A stretch of DNA of 64,000 nt, taken from Eledone cirrhosa (Eukaryota). Positions within the stretch are counted from its first letter, which is position 1. Every line of letters begins with the position of its first letter. Under the pieces are notes generated by a model. The model made no database searches and was not told where the DNA came from. It saw only the letters and a list, made by a program, of their open reading frames with translations. The DNA is taken from positions 17,794,001 to 17,858,000 of the forward strand of contig OZ024745.1 of the NCBI GenBank assembly GCA_964016885.1, written 5' to 3'. This document shows, piece after piece, positions 1 to 14,220 of the stretch. Position numbers and translations under genes: made by a program.

Positions 1-1827
1 CTGGAATAAATTATGTATATCTCGGAGTGTTTTTACTTCTAATGCAACTATGTACGATTCACCTAAGTCCATGCTGCATCTAAATACTTAATATTAACTT
101 GTCTTTTCTATTTATTATGATCCACAAATAGACAATGTCCATTATAAATGCATCAATGTGATTTTGAATGTTCTCTATATGCAAATTGACCTATTTTCAT
201 GGTCTATCATACGATCTATTACGTATATTAGGTTTAACTTTCTAGAACTTAGTAGATTACTATTTTGTCTAATTCATGGAACACGTGTTATCAAAGAAAT
301 ATAATAAAATGATATAATAAACATATTATGTATGGTAAAAATGACACTTTATGGAATAAGTAATTCTTTAGTTTTAATAAAAGTGATAGGAACGTATTTC
401 ATTATTGTCCGACGAAATGTTGAGAAGCTTTTACTGACAAAATGTTAAAGGTTCGAGTCGGAATATCCTTGACAACATCTACGTTCGATATCATATACTT
501 CTTTACCAGTGCTGTCAACATCGAGCCTCAATGCAATATATCATACTATAATCTTAATATGTTACATAAACCTGCATAGCTCTACAACAACGATTTGAAC
601 AAATGCACAGAACAATCGTAAATATCACTTATTTTAGCAATACGTTTTAAACAGCTGAAATGCATAAAACAGTAAAATTTCTAGAATTTATTATCATAGA
701 GTTATAGAAAGAAGAAGGACTACAGGAAAGACGTAGACTGTTACATTAACAAACTGTTGTGAAGATATGACATAAAGATACGAAAGCAGATGAGAGGAAC
801 TGATCAAGACGCGGCCGAGAACGAATTAAATCGATTTCTTTTTTAAAGTAAGCGTCTCTGTCAGAGACAAAGTTTCATGAATACCTAATATAAAAAGTTA
901 TATAGAAAGTTATATGAAGTTGGAAGTTGAGAAATCATAAAGAGCATCATTTGATCTTCTAGGGATAATATATCACTGAAATAATACACTTTCTTTGTGA
1001 TGCTCCAGCACATTCTATTAACGAATCTATCACGTGTATGAGTATCAGTGTTGCCGGAAGGATTTCACAAACTTGAATGTAAATCTAAATGAATATTGGT
1101 GAAAGTCCAACTACTAGCATTGCAACGAAATGTGTTTCCTATTAAACGTTACTATATTATCTATGGTAATGAGAAAATAACAAATATCTATTTACATCCC
1201 TATATTATACACGAATGTAACATCTCTTCATCAAATGTGTGAGAGAGGATATATTTGTCTAGATATATAAGGTATAACGCTTCCAGTAAAATAGGATCAA
1301 TATCTAGTAAGTATCCATTCGTGTTATCCATTCGTGTTGTTACAATTTTTGCGTGTCTGAAATCTTAACAGTCATTATTATATATCATATTTAACAGAGG
1401 ATTTACTCTGTCATTTTATAGTAACAGGTATAACTTGATATAAAATACATTATTGGTTCGGGGGGGAAATATTTTAACCAATTGAATGTATCATCCGTTG
1501 TACAATTAGATTTGTGTATCTAAAAAAATGTGTAAATTGTGTTGATGAACAGAGAGACAGTGTAAGGGATAGAGTCGTGTAACCTAAATTTAAACTAAGT
1601 CAGTACAATGGTGGTTCTATTCAACCTATTGTCTTCCGTACAAATTAAGTGTTGACAATTATAATCTAAAATATGGCTCAACACGAATTTATCATGAATG
1701 GTACTAACAATGTTGACTAACTATTAAAATGAATCAACCTGAAACTTTGAGATAATTAGTCAAAACTAATTACCCAATAGGCTTTAAATTAACTCAATTC
1801 CTTACGCATTGGGATCTTTCTAGTGTT

Positions 1828-2680
1828 ATCTTCTTCTTCTTCTTCTTCTTCTTCTTCTTCTTCTTTCCAGAAAGGGTTGTGGGCACAGAGTCGCCAAACC
1901 CCCCCGCCAGCGGGTCCTGCCAGAAGCAACCGTCTCCAAATGTTACAGCTGGATCCACTACCAAGACAAGCCGACCTCATGGATGTTATCCAAACATCTT
2001 GCTCGGGGTCTACCCTTGGGTCTCCTGCGAGTTGGTGTTGCCCATAAAATCTGTCCAGCCATTCTTTCCTGAGACATTCTAACCACATGCCCATTGTGAC
2101 AGAGATGTGATCTCTCTGGAGTGACTCGCTTATCTCCGAGCTACACACTTTATCGAGTAACTTTACTACAAAGACCCTTGAGAACAACTCCATTTCCGTT
2201 GCATGTATTCGTGATTGAATCATTCCGGTAATTATCCAACATGCATGACCGTAGGTAAGGGTTTGCACACATACCGAATCGAAGAAAGTGTGTTTGACTT
2301 TTACACCTGCCTCCTGTCTTCTGATTACCAAATGCTGAAGCTTGCGCATTACTGCACCAGCACCTACATTTATTATCACTTAATTATGATTCGTTTATTC
2401 GTGAAAACTCCCTCGATATAATGGACCTTCTCCACGAGCTTCTGTGGAACGCCATTCACATGTAGAGTGTACCACACAGGCTTCCTTGAGAGGAAGAAGT
2501 GTTTCTCAGGTTTCGAAGCACTGATATTCATTCCCTCCATGCAGAACTCGGCATCAAACCAAATAAGTGCAAATCGGAGCTCACCTTCTGTTGCGTTAAG
2601 CAGTACCACGTCTCCAAATTCCGGCCGACTGATTTTATACCTGCCAATCGTGATACCACTTCCAACCAAGCTGCTCATGT
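1828..2680 (-). mobile_element. 5'-truncated, decayed RTE-like LINE with (GAA)n 3' tail
   Basis: Minus ORFs 2376-2678 and 1789-2379 give RT C-terminal-like text (FGDVVLL...GMNISASKPE...LHVNGVPQKLVEKVHY; QTLTYGHACW...SRIHATEM). Ends in (GAA)n at 1828-1864. Confidence 0.65.
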
Positions 2681-3938
2681 CAATTATTTACTAAGTCATA
2701 TATATGGAATATTTTAATAAATTGATAAATATCAACTATCATGTAGTAAAATTCCAGTTTAAAACGTAGGTTTTAATTCATTCATTTGCATCACTCTACA
2801 TACTTTATTGTCCAGCAAAATAGAAACGTATTCCCTTATAACCTGAACTGACCTTGAAACATTTGGGTTGAGTATATTTTTTATGGACCTTAAACATAAG
2901 CAAGTTAAATGGATGCACACCTTTGTAGGTCTATGGAAGAGAGAGAAGTCATATTGATATGATTAGGTATTCAAAAAAGTAGAATATACTTTATCTGCTT
3001 TGAACTGAAAAATGTTACGATACAATCAGCGATCATGTTATCGTAGTTTTATGATGGATGTACAAGTTTAGGTTCCATAAAATACACAGAAAATATGCAG
3101 CACAGTGTCATGGGGATGTGTTATTTTCCCACACGCTTGATATACGTTTACTACCATCTCTGTATTTTGTCCAGGCGGGGGATTGTAATATCAATTATGT
3201 CCATGAGACAATTAGATATAGAAACTCAGGTTTACCTGCATCTCTGACCCTTTAAAATACAAAGCCATCGTAACATTTACCGAAAAGTTACACTCTTATG
3301 ATACTACCTAATAAAATGCATTATATCCTATCCACTGAGTACAGATTTAAAAGTGCTAAACATATTCGGAAGTTGATAATGCAGCAGATTAATATGTTGA
3401 GCTGATAAGGTATATCAAAGAATTCCACTTTGGTATCGAATCCATATTTATTTCAATCATTCCAACTCCAATAACCAGATATATAAGATGATAGAAACAT
3501 CCAATTTCTCATAATCAATTTGCTATACATTCTAACCTATAGTATTGGACATTTAGAGCTAGATTATATTATTCCGTTGAGATATACATTCGCCGTAATG
3601 AAAGTAAAAGGGAATCGTAAAATCTGAAAAGAAATATCTCAATGATAATTATATATATCCAATATTCGGATTGTGGCACGAGGCAAAGAGAATCACTAGT
3701 GATTGATAGTGATAATATTAAAGTTGTTATATTGAATATCAACTACTATTTTACTATGTGACTACGTTTGTCAGATGATGCATATTACTGCCGAATGAAA
3801 GAAATATGTGAGACACATGATAAAGATCTAATCGTTATGGCAAAGATATGCGGCATATACTGAAAAATATTACTATAATGAAAATTGCATAATTGTTGTG
3901 CATTCATCGGGAGATGAATGTCAAAGAGTTACCTAGAG

Positions 3939-3939
<1 letters not shown>

Positions 3940-3991
<52 letters not shown>

Positions 3992-3992
3992 T

Positions 3993-4037
<45 letters not shown>

Positions 4038-4047
4038 TATATTTATA

Positions 4048-4087
<40 letters not shown>

Positions 4088-4145
4088 CATATATATATTT
4101 ATATATATATATATATATATACATATATATTTATATATATATATT

Positions 4146-4238
<93 letters not shown>

Positions 4239-4264
4239 ACATGTATGTTTATATATATATATAT

Positions 4265-4320
<56 letters not shown>
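3940..4320. repeat. (TA)n/(TG)n microsatellite
   Basis: Read directly. One of many such tracts; source of the IYIYIY ORFs. Confidence 0.95.
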
Positions 4321-5161
4321 ATGACGTGGCTAGAAACATATGAAATATATTTATCTTGATATGTAAGATATATAACACTCCCCTTTATCATGTCTCCTCA
4401 ATGCAACTAATCTGCAACTGCTCATACATAAATATTATATGATTAAAGAGATTTTATGAATATTGGATCTGGACAATGACAGAAATAAAGTGAGGGAAAA
4501 ATCGATAACAATCAGCATATAACTTTCATAAATAACTAATTAAAATACATGTAGCAGGACATATCATTAAGTTATAAGGAATATAATCCAAAGAAGCGAA
4601 TAATGGTATTTGAGCATAAATGATTACGAACTTTGACGTACATGTCTCAGATTATTAAAACCAGACGTCGACCTACTTAAGGTCAAACTGTACATGGATT
4701 GTATGATTGGTGGTGTGGAATATCATCTAAAATATTGGAGAGCTGCCCACATCATCAGGCTAAATATTATGTAACTACTAGACAATACGAAATAAACAGA
4801 ATAGAATCTGGTACATCTCGAAGAATGCAGTTACTGAAACTTTTAAAATATTAATTCATCTGCGACAACTTCAGATCCAACGTCAATTGAAGAACACAAA
4901 TATTCTACGTAGCAATATTATTTTAAAATAAAAGCATGTAATTCGTTTCAGCCACACTGGGACACCTTATTAATAAGATCATGAACACTGTCGTCCTACA
5001 CAGAATTCTGATAAAATCTGAACTCATAAGAAATATATGTTACATAAAAGAATTCGTTAAGGAATTGATGTGATGAAAGACTCCTAATACCAATGGCGCA
5101 CTTCGAATTATACAATATAACATATATATATATATATATATATATACAGCCCTCACACACG

Positions 5162-5197
<36 letters not shown>

Positions 5198-5201
<4 letters not shown>

Positions 5202-5410
5202 AACGAGTTCAAGCCGTTTCGACGGCTAATTCTGGACTAAAAAAAAAAATAATAATAATTTTTTTTTCTTTTAGTCCAGGATTAGCCGTCGAAAGGGCTT
5301 GAGCTCAGCCGTCGGGTCCTACTCGTTCCTATTATCCACTCTACTACCCTAAGTATTGAGTACTTTGGTGCGTTATGGTCCACCTGGTTCCTTACCACAT
5401 TTCCTTCGTG
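5198..5410 (+). mobile_element. Short PLE-terminal repeat family A copy with fold-back hairpin
   Basis: Homologous to 8638-8796, 46922-47130 and 55847-55990. Inverted repeat about 5205-5242/5269-5306. Flanked by (TA)n. Confidence 0.7.
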
Positions 5411-5419
5411 ATATATATA

Positions 5420-6403
<984 letters not shown>

Positions 6404-6989
6404 ATGTTTGTGTGTGTGTGCGTGAGTGTGCATATATTGACAAGGCTTTACAAATATAGTAATTTATTGAACACTAAATAAAAGAAAATCTTCAAAGCAA
6501 TCTACAAATCTATATCTGGTGACCTATTCAAATGTTGCCAATATATATACGACAACTATTAGAATAAAATCCCCTTTCAAAATCTCAGATAATTGTTCAT
6601 TCTATTCGTAACATTGTGATATGGTAAACAATATAACCATGTTCACTTTCTTATGCGTTATGGGGCTGTATAATGTAAGAAACATGCCACTGTTATTTGT
6701 CATTGATCGTCGGCAAACAATAAGAAATGAATATTAGCTGGTAACAGTTTTTCATTATTTTGTATATGTACAAAATTTTCTAAGAATATTATATCTTAGA
6801 ATTAAAAAAAGAATGATAGTGCGTTTGTTGAACTCATCTCACAAAATATCCATTGTTCCGAATTACTCATGTATTTTTCTTCCAGCCAAATATTTTATCA
6901 ATACTAACATAATTCATTTCATAATTAATGTGTCAATTTGTAAGTGCATACATTGTAAATATATAGATACATACACTCATACACACACC

Positions 6990-7053
<64 letters not shown>

Positions 7054-7232
7054 TATAATAATACTATTTATAGTTATGTATATACTATAAACAACTATAA
7101 ACAGGAAAGATCAGTAATTTCCTACTACCTTATTGCCAGTAAGCGAAATAGCTCAATGTAAGAACATCAGGTGTTTTACAGAGCAGGAACATATATTAGA
7201 TATTTATCAAAGTTGTGTTCAAATCATTTAAT

Positions 7233-7279
7233 TGCTGACAATTGTTTCTTCCAAACATTTGTTTGGAGTCATCGGAGCA
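7233..7279 (-). ncRNA. Type I hammerhead ribozyme, CCGAUGA core variant
   Basis: Minus: tgct-CCGATGA-ctccaaac aaat gtttggaa-GAAA-caattg-TC-agca. Confidence 0.65.
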
Positions 7280-8504
7280 TTATCAATGTTTGTACATATA
7301 ATTAACCCCCTATTCCACTGAACGATCATATAGATACATATCTATTGATGTTGTGAGCAACAGTCTCGTATTTACAGGGTGTACTGGATGAGACATATAT
7401 TATACGTGAACTGTACAAAAAATAAAATTAAAATTAAAAGCACAGAATGGAATACATGCGACAGATAATACAAGAGAATACTCTAATAATTACAGAGGCA
7501 TTGAGAAGGAAGCATTGAGAAAGAATGAGTACATTAGCAGTACATATGCAAGCGTGTAGAAAGTGCACATGCGTTAGTCATATATATGAGAAGGAAATAA
7601 GCAAAGGTATTATGCATATATAGATAAATAAATAAATAAATACTGCATGGTAAGCAAATATGTTAATGTATTAAAATTTAAGGCTAAGTAATATGACGAT
7701 AGTGTTCGAATTTGTGTGTGTTGAGAAAATCAAGTTATTGTAGTCCTTTCTATTACATATGTTAAATTATATTTTAGTTAATGTTTATATTGCATGTTTT
7801 AAGTTAGTTACATCAATGGATTGTAAATTGGTCTTATTGTATTCTTATTCATGGATTAGAGTTGTTCAACAGGTTGTTTTTCCAACGGTTTAACTTTCCG
7901 AAAGTTAAACCGTTGGAAAAACAACCTGTTGAACAACTCTAATCCATGAATAAGAATACAATAAGACCAATTTACAATCCATTGATGTAACTAACTTAAA
8001 ACATTCAATATAAACATTAACTAAAATATAATTTAACATATGTAATAGAAAGGACTACAATAACTTGATTTTCTCAACACACACAAATTCGAACACTATC
8101 GTCATATTACTTCCGCCATAAATTTTAATACATTAACATATTTGCTTACCATGCAGTATTTATTTATTTATCTATATATGCATAATACCTTTGCTTATTT
8201 CCTTCTCATATATATGACTAACGCATGTGCACTTTCTACACGCTTTCATATGTACTGCTAATGTACTCATTATTTCTCAATACTTATTTCTCAATGCCTC
8301 TTTAATTATTATCTGTCGCATGTATTCCACTCTCCTGTGATTTTAATTTTAATTTGAATTTGTGTACAAATCTCGTATAATATATGTCTCATCCATTACA
8401 CCCTGTAAATACGAAACTGTTGCTCACAACATCCATATATATATATGTATCTATATGATCGTTCAGTTGAATAGGAGGTTAATTATATGTACAAACATTG
8501 ATAA

Positions 8505-8551
8505 TGCTCCGATGGTTCCAAACGAAAGCTTGGAAGAAACGATTGTCAGCA
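8505..8551 (+). ncRNA. Decayed hammerhead (mirror copy of 7233-7279)
   Basis: tgct-CCGATGG-ttccaa...ttggaa-GAAA-cgattg-TC-agca. Confidence 0.45.
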
Positions 8552-8637
8552 ATTAAATGATTTGAACACATCTTTGACAGTTGTCTAATTTATATATATA
8601 TAAATACATATATATATAAATACATATATATATATAT

Positions 8638-8796
8638 AACGAGGGAGTTGTGGTAAGGAACCAGATGGACCATAACGCACCAGACTATACAATATTTAGG
8701 GTATTAGAGTGGCTAATAGGAAAAAGTATGACCCCGACGGCAGACATCAAGCCGTTTCGACGGGCATTTCTGCACCCAGGGGTCATACCTTTTCCT
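8638..8796 (-). mobile_element. Family A copy with decayed hammerhead
   Basis: Minus: gtatgacccc...GAAA-cggc..gccg-TC-ggggtcatac (10-bp stem I). The CUGANGA box is degenerate. Confidence 0.6.
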
Positions 8797-8956
8797 ATAT
8801 ATATATATATTCAACGAGGGAAAAACGGTGAAGGAGAGGGTAGAGGGATCATAGAATACTAGATAATAGAAGGAATAGCATGACGGACGAAATGAAGAAG
8901 AGGAAAAAGTATGAAATAGGAGTAAACTACGTGGTGTGTGTCTTTTTATTTTATAA

Positions 8957-8967
<11 letters not shown>

Positions 8968-9044
<77 letters not shown>

Positions 9045-9096
9045 TTGCGTGTGCGTGTGCGCGTGTGTGTGTGCGCGTGTGTGTGTGTGTGTGTGT

Positions 9097-9194
<98 letters not shown>
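8968..9194. repeat. (TG)n microsatellite
   Basis: Read directly. Confidence 0.95.
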
Positions 9195-9195
<1 letters not shown>

Positions 9196-9533
9196 TACAA
9201 GGTATGAAATGGGAACAGAAATGCGAGATGTTAAATAAACGTCATTAATGGAAATAGAAGCAAACAGTATGACAGCAAACAGACAGTGACAACAAAAATA
9301 AGTACATTATATACGAGTCTGGTTAGTGCATACACTTGTAATTTGTTAGGAACAGGTAATATACAAATGTTTCCTTGTATTATTCTGGTTACTATTATGT
9401 TGCGAATTTATGAGATTACACTTTAGTTCGATCAGAGATATCTAAATAGGATTTTACAGCTTAAATACTGTATATTGGAGGATATTCTAATCTCCACGTT
9501 AGAACATGTGTTTTCAATCGCGACATTATTGTC

Positions 9534-9597
9534 CACCATAGGCCCACTATAGGCCCATCATAGGCCCATTATAGGCCCATCATAAGCCCACCATAGG
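9534..9597. repeat. 11-bp tandem repeat (cccaYYatagg) x about 6
   Basis: ccaccatagg cccactatagg cccatcatagg cccattatagg cccatcataag cccaccatagg. Confidence 0.85.
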
Positions 9598-10177
9598 CGC
9601 TGAGCTGTCCAGTCGCAGGTGTGAGCCTCGCGAGTTGGAATGGCTTTTCCAGCGCGTCTCCCTTGCCACCCTCCGGGGAAACGCCTTCTCCATTCTAACC
9701 ACCGGGCTGTGGGGAGGCTACCAATGTGATTGAACGACTTGTCATTTAATCAGTCAACTATTGCTGTCGTTAGATAACTAGGTATCTGTAGATGAACGTT
9801 GATACGCGTTTGGTTTTCTCGATCTTAGAAACATCTTACACATCTCTTCACATATAAACATTTTTATAACTTTGTATTTTCGGAACTTAGCATGAATTTA
9901 CTTTTGCCATTGCAAGATGTCAAGCCATAAATAGGGTTCATTTGAATTGCTCAAGATTTTGAGTTGTTTTGTAGATATTCCTTTAGTTGCCTGATGTATT
10001 TTAGGAATAGATTATAATCTACATACAGCATATGCTAGGTAGGGCACCGCACACTATAGTAGGGCATATAAATAATGCATATTTTACTGAGGTAAATTGC
10101 CTGCAGGCAAAATAATAGTTGTTTGTTTTTCGTGTTTTCTTTTTATTGAAGACGCTAAGACTGTATTCACTATGGTT

Positions 10178-10327
10178 TTATAGAGTTATTGTTGTGTGCT
10201 TATGTCCAAAGCAATATAAACTATACAAAACGTTTTTGCATAGATGTTTTCTGTCATATTTAAGAAGTTCCAGATGATCACAAATGTTTGATAATGTTAA
10301 TTGTTTAGTAGTCCTCCTTCTTTGTAA
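10178..10327 (-). CDS. Putative terminal exon of unidentified host gene
   Basis: Acceptor ccttatattacag, phase 0, LQRRRTTKQL...HTTITL*. AATAAA on the minus strand at 10142-10147. Confidence 0.4.
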   Translation of the reverse strand, partial: LQRRRTTKQLTLSNICDHLELLKYDRKHLCKNVLYSLYCFGHKHTTITL

Positions 10328-11957
10328 CTGTAATATAAGGATGGGCAACGTGAAATGGGAAGTAGGCCTAGACAAACACCACACACTCATACATACACAT
10401 ACAAAGCAATGATCCCCCACAAGCCTTTGCTCAACCTCAAGAAATGGTAAAATATTTTCCTAGCATGCCAAGTTGTACGTATGAATTGATATTAAGTGTT
10501 TTTTGAGCATATATCTACAGTACACAGCAACGCCGATCAATTTACTGCAGAATCATTACAGTTTACGAGGTCGCATTTTAGGTGACAGTACAGAAAGCAG
10601 GCATGAAATTTTCTCTAAGTATTTCTAGTGGAAATCATTTAATGATCATTGTAAAATACATTATAAAGTTCAAATTTTGTGATATGAATCGCGATGAAAA
10701 ATAATGAGATAAATTATTTCATATTATCGAAAACAACCTTATGTTCCTGTGTATTAAGTAATTACTCTGCTGATAAAAACATTAAATGCGATTATAAGCA
10801 AATTATCTACAGATGCAAAATATTAAAATTGAAAATCATCTAAGGAATTGCCTTAATATCAAGAGACAGTTAAAACATATTTGCTGGAACATATAATTTA
10901 GATGAAACAAATAATATAAAACAAAGGAAATATAACATAATGATAAAGCTGTGATGCCGTATAAAACAAAAACATACAGAATATATAAATATTATCAAAG
11001 TATTGTCATTAAAATATAATTGTACGCAGTACTTTAAACCAATTTTGGGAAACTTTGTACAATAATGTTCCAAATGCGGGATATGTATCTTAATTTATAA
11101 GTCCAGATACAATTATTGATACACAAGCTAAAATGTTTATGTGCATCACTGTGTATCTCATATTTTAATCTAGTCAGATAGATTGGAATATCTTAAACAC
11201 ACTATGTATGTATGCGATATATTATCGCCCAAATTAAACCAATGAGTGTGCTTTCATTGGTAGAGTTTTAAGAAGTTAATTTAGATGAAAGAACGAATAA
11301 AAATCAAATAAAACTTAGTAGTATATAATTATATGGGTATGTGATATCACTCATATAGTACGAAGCCAACCATCTAATAAATACAAACATAAAATGTGAT
11401 ATCAGACATAATGATAAAACAGCTACGAAATATGAATAGCATTATAATATACACATTGTCTGGTTTCAGTGAAGCGACTATGGTCATGCAGGGTGACTGT
11501 ATTCACGAGAATTATTAGATATTATTATGTACTAAGGGGTTGCAAATAGTTAGGTACGTATTTCAAAACCCGCTGATGTTAGCTTTGCCTCCTATCCTTA
11601 AGGTATCGATTAGGTATATTACCACTAACGCTGATGTCGATTTAACAGACTTTCCCCTTATCTATTTCGCCTATTTAAATGTAAACATATATGCAGGCAG
11701 ACTTTCACTGTCGTGGCGGAGTGTTTGGCAGTTCATTTGTGCCCATAGTAATCGAGATAAATGAAGTTAACAGTTCTCTTCTTTATTCCCTACACAGGAT
11801 GTTGTCCACTAATATATACATAATACTTGATAAAAAAAAATACATCTTATATATATATATATATATAATTATTTTTAATAAATAAATAAATATATATATA
11901 TATATATATATATATGCGATATTAAATAAATGGAAACTATATTTATAAAACCATATT

Positions 11958-12023
11958 TATTTCATTATATATATTTCAGGGATATCATATTAAAAATATG
12001 TTATGCCTTCTTCAGACAAAATA
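11958..12023 (-). ncRNA. Type I hammerhead ribozyme in PLE terminal fragment (about 11918-12075)
   Basis: Minus: tattttgt-CTGAAGA-aggcataacatatt ttt aatatgatatccct-GAAA-tatata-TA-atgaaata. Paralog at 54140-54205. Confidence 0.75.
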
Positions 12024-12322
12024 AAATATAAACAGTCTTATAAATAGATAGATTCGACTTCTATTTGAAAAGTTGATTTGGTAGTGAAAAAATATTAGGG
12101 ACAGTTATAAAAAGAAAGAAAGAAAAACGAAGAAAAAGAAGAAATGCATGCAACTAAATAGAGAGAGATAGATATAGAGAGATAGATAGAGAGAAGAAAT
12201 TCATGTAAAGAAACAGCGAGAGATATATAGAGAGAGGAAAAAAACACAGAGGGAGATAGATAGAGAGAGAGAGAGAGAAGAGAGGAGAGGGAGAGAGAGA
12301 GAAAATATAGAGAGATAGATAT

Positions 12323-12378
<56 letters not shown>

Positions 12379-12575
12379 TTAGGTTTGTTGGTTCACCACT
12401 GGATAGAACTGGTCATTCCGTATGGTCAATCCTGGTGTAATATTGTGAAGAGTACTCAACGCAATGCAGTTCACCCATCTTCGTTTGTGTAGTTGGTGGT
12501 GCGAATACGGAGTTAATTATAAATAAAATAAAATAACAGGAGGTTGGACTGGTGTAAATCCTTGAAAGGTTTATT

Positions 12576-12633
12576 ATACTATGATCATTTCAATGACCGG
12601 GTTCCATATGAATCCGGTGATATCATCAGGTAT
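12576..12633 (-). ncRNA. Type I hammerhead ribozyme
   Basis: Minus: atac-CTGATGA-tatcaccggattc atatg gaacccggtcatt-GAAA-tgatca-TA-gtat, then aataaa. Confidence 0.75.
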
Positions 12634-13811
12634 TGGAATATAACAAAGGAATATGTAAAAAACCATGGGTCCGAAAAATCAGAGACAGAGACAAAGAAGA
12701 CGACTGACCAACTGACGACTGACCACCTAAGAACTACATTACTTATAACCCGGACTAACTGGGACTTTAAAATAGTTTTGGTCTATTTGCACTTTTCATT
12801 GGGTTGCTACCTTCGACTTGTGTGGTGGCTTTTCCCGGCTGCGCGCTGGGCACTCGGAAAGTTCAGCCTTCCTTGAGTGCTCTGAAAAATAAATTTCTCC
12901 TCTTTCGGTAAATGAAATTACTCGGAGCGGATGCTTGGCCGCGGTCCCACCGCGCCGCCTGTTTTGGCCGCCATATTATACTTATACCTATAAACTCCAG
13001 GTTTAGGCATAACTATTAGCTGTGTCATGCCTCTACTGGCACGTAAACAAACCCCTCATGTGTGATTTAAAAATATTCGTTTGGTATAGACGATGGCCTG
13101 TCGAAATTGTGGAGTTTCCGCTAGCGCTCCCGGGGCCTAAGGTAGCTACGTTCCTAGAGTACTCGGAAAATGTAATTTCCAATTCTTTCGCTGGACGATA
13201 CCACTCGAGACTGGCTGACTCATTGTGGGGTGGGGTGGGGTGGGGCTGGGACTCGCAATCGAAATCTTTACTCTATATCCCATCCTAATATCTTATCGAG
13301 ATAAATTTGTTCATATAAGACTCTCTCCGTAAGTTAGTTAAATAAATCTCGCTACCTTAACCTTTAATTTTCTAATAACTTATTTTTCAATTTATCATTT
13401 TTCAATTTAATATTTTTAATTTAATTTAATTTCATCCTTTAACTCGCAACATAAGTTTAACGTTCCAATCTTCGGTTCACACATTAGACCATACAGACAC
13501 CCATTACAGATTCTTTCGAGTAGCATTTTTTCGTGGCATTTTCTAGCATGAATCTAGTGTGACCCTTACGCTGACTTATCTCCCTTTCTTTCTTTCTACC
13601 CCTTTTTCTTTGACGGAGAGGTGGTAGTGCATTATAAGCCTTGTCACCTCACCAGATGTTCATTAGTAGATTCAGCTGCCACCACTTTGAGGGCGACTGG
13701 CCGTGATAAGGGCGGCTAGTTGGTCAGTCGTCAGTTGGTCAGTCGTCCTCTTTGTCTCTGTCTCTGATTTTTCGGACCCATGGTTTTTTACATATTCCTT
13801 TGTATATTCCA

Positions 13812-13869
13812 ATACCTGATGATATCACCGGATTCATATGGAACCCGGTCATTGAAATGATCATATTAT
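13812..13869 (+). ncRNA. Type I hammerhead ribozyme (stem I first pair mutated)
   Basis: atac-CTGATGA-stemII-GAAA-tgatca-TA-ttat, aataaa at 13870. Confidence 0.65.
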
Positions 13870-13935
13870 AATAAACCTTTCAAGGATTTACACCAGTCCA
13901 GCCTCCTGTTATTTTATTTTATTTATTTTATTTAT

Positions 13936-13995
<60 letters not shown>

Positions 13996-14105
13996 TATAT
14001 GTGTGTGGGCGTGTCTGTGTGTATGCATGTGCGTGTGTTTATGTCTGTGTGCGTGTGCCTGGCTGTATCTGTGTTTGTGCGTGTGTATCTAGCATCAGAC
14101 ATTGC

Positions 14106-14220
14106 CTCTGTCAAATCTCTTAGCAACATAGAATTTCTCTCAAATGAACAATCAGGGGATGGCTTCCCTGCTGATGTGAATTCTACTTCCCAATATTTGG
14201 TCATGTAATTTTCGTATTGA
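14106..14220 (-). CDS. Putative internal exon of host gene
   Basis: Acceptor gttcattgtag, open frame QYENYMTKYWEVEFTSAGKPSPDCSFERNSMLLRDLTE, GC donor AG|gcaatg. Phase 2 to phase 0. Confidence 0.4.

Larger units (their letters stand above)
7052..8590. mobile_element. PLE pLTR-derived giant palindrome (about 700 bp arms, centre 7899)
   Basis: Arms about 7205-7898/7900-8580 with essentially no spacer (tttc-c-gaaa). Left part is homologous to 49250-49760, the 3' end of an RT/GIY-YIG-bearing PLE. Confidence 0.85.
12377..13940. mobile_element. PLE-derived non-coding element with about 205-bp inverted arms
   Basis: IR about 12520-12725/13716-13925, about 1 kb spacer, (TA)n on both sides, a hammerhead in each arm. 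Confidence 0.8.
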
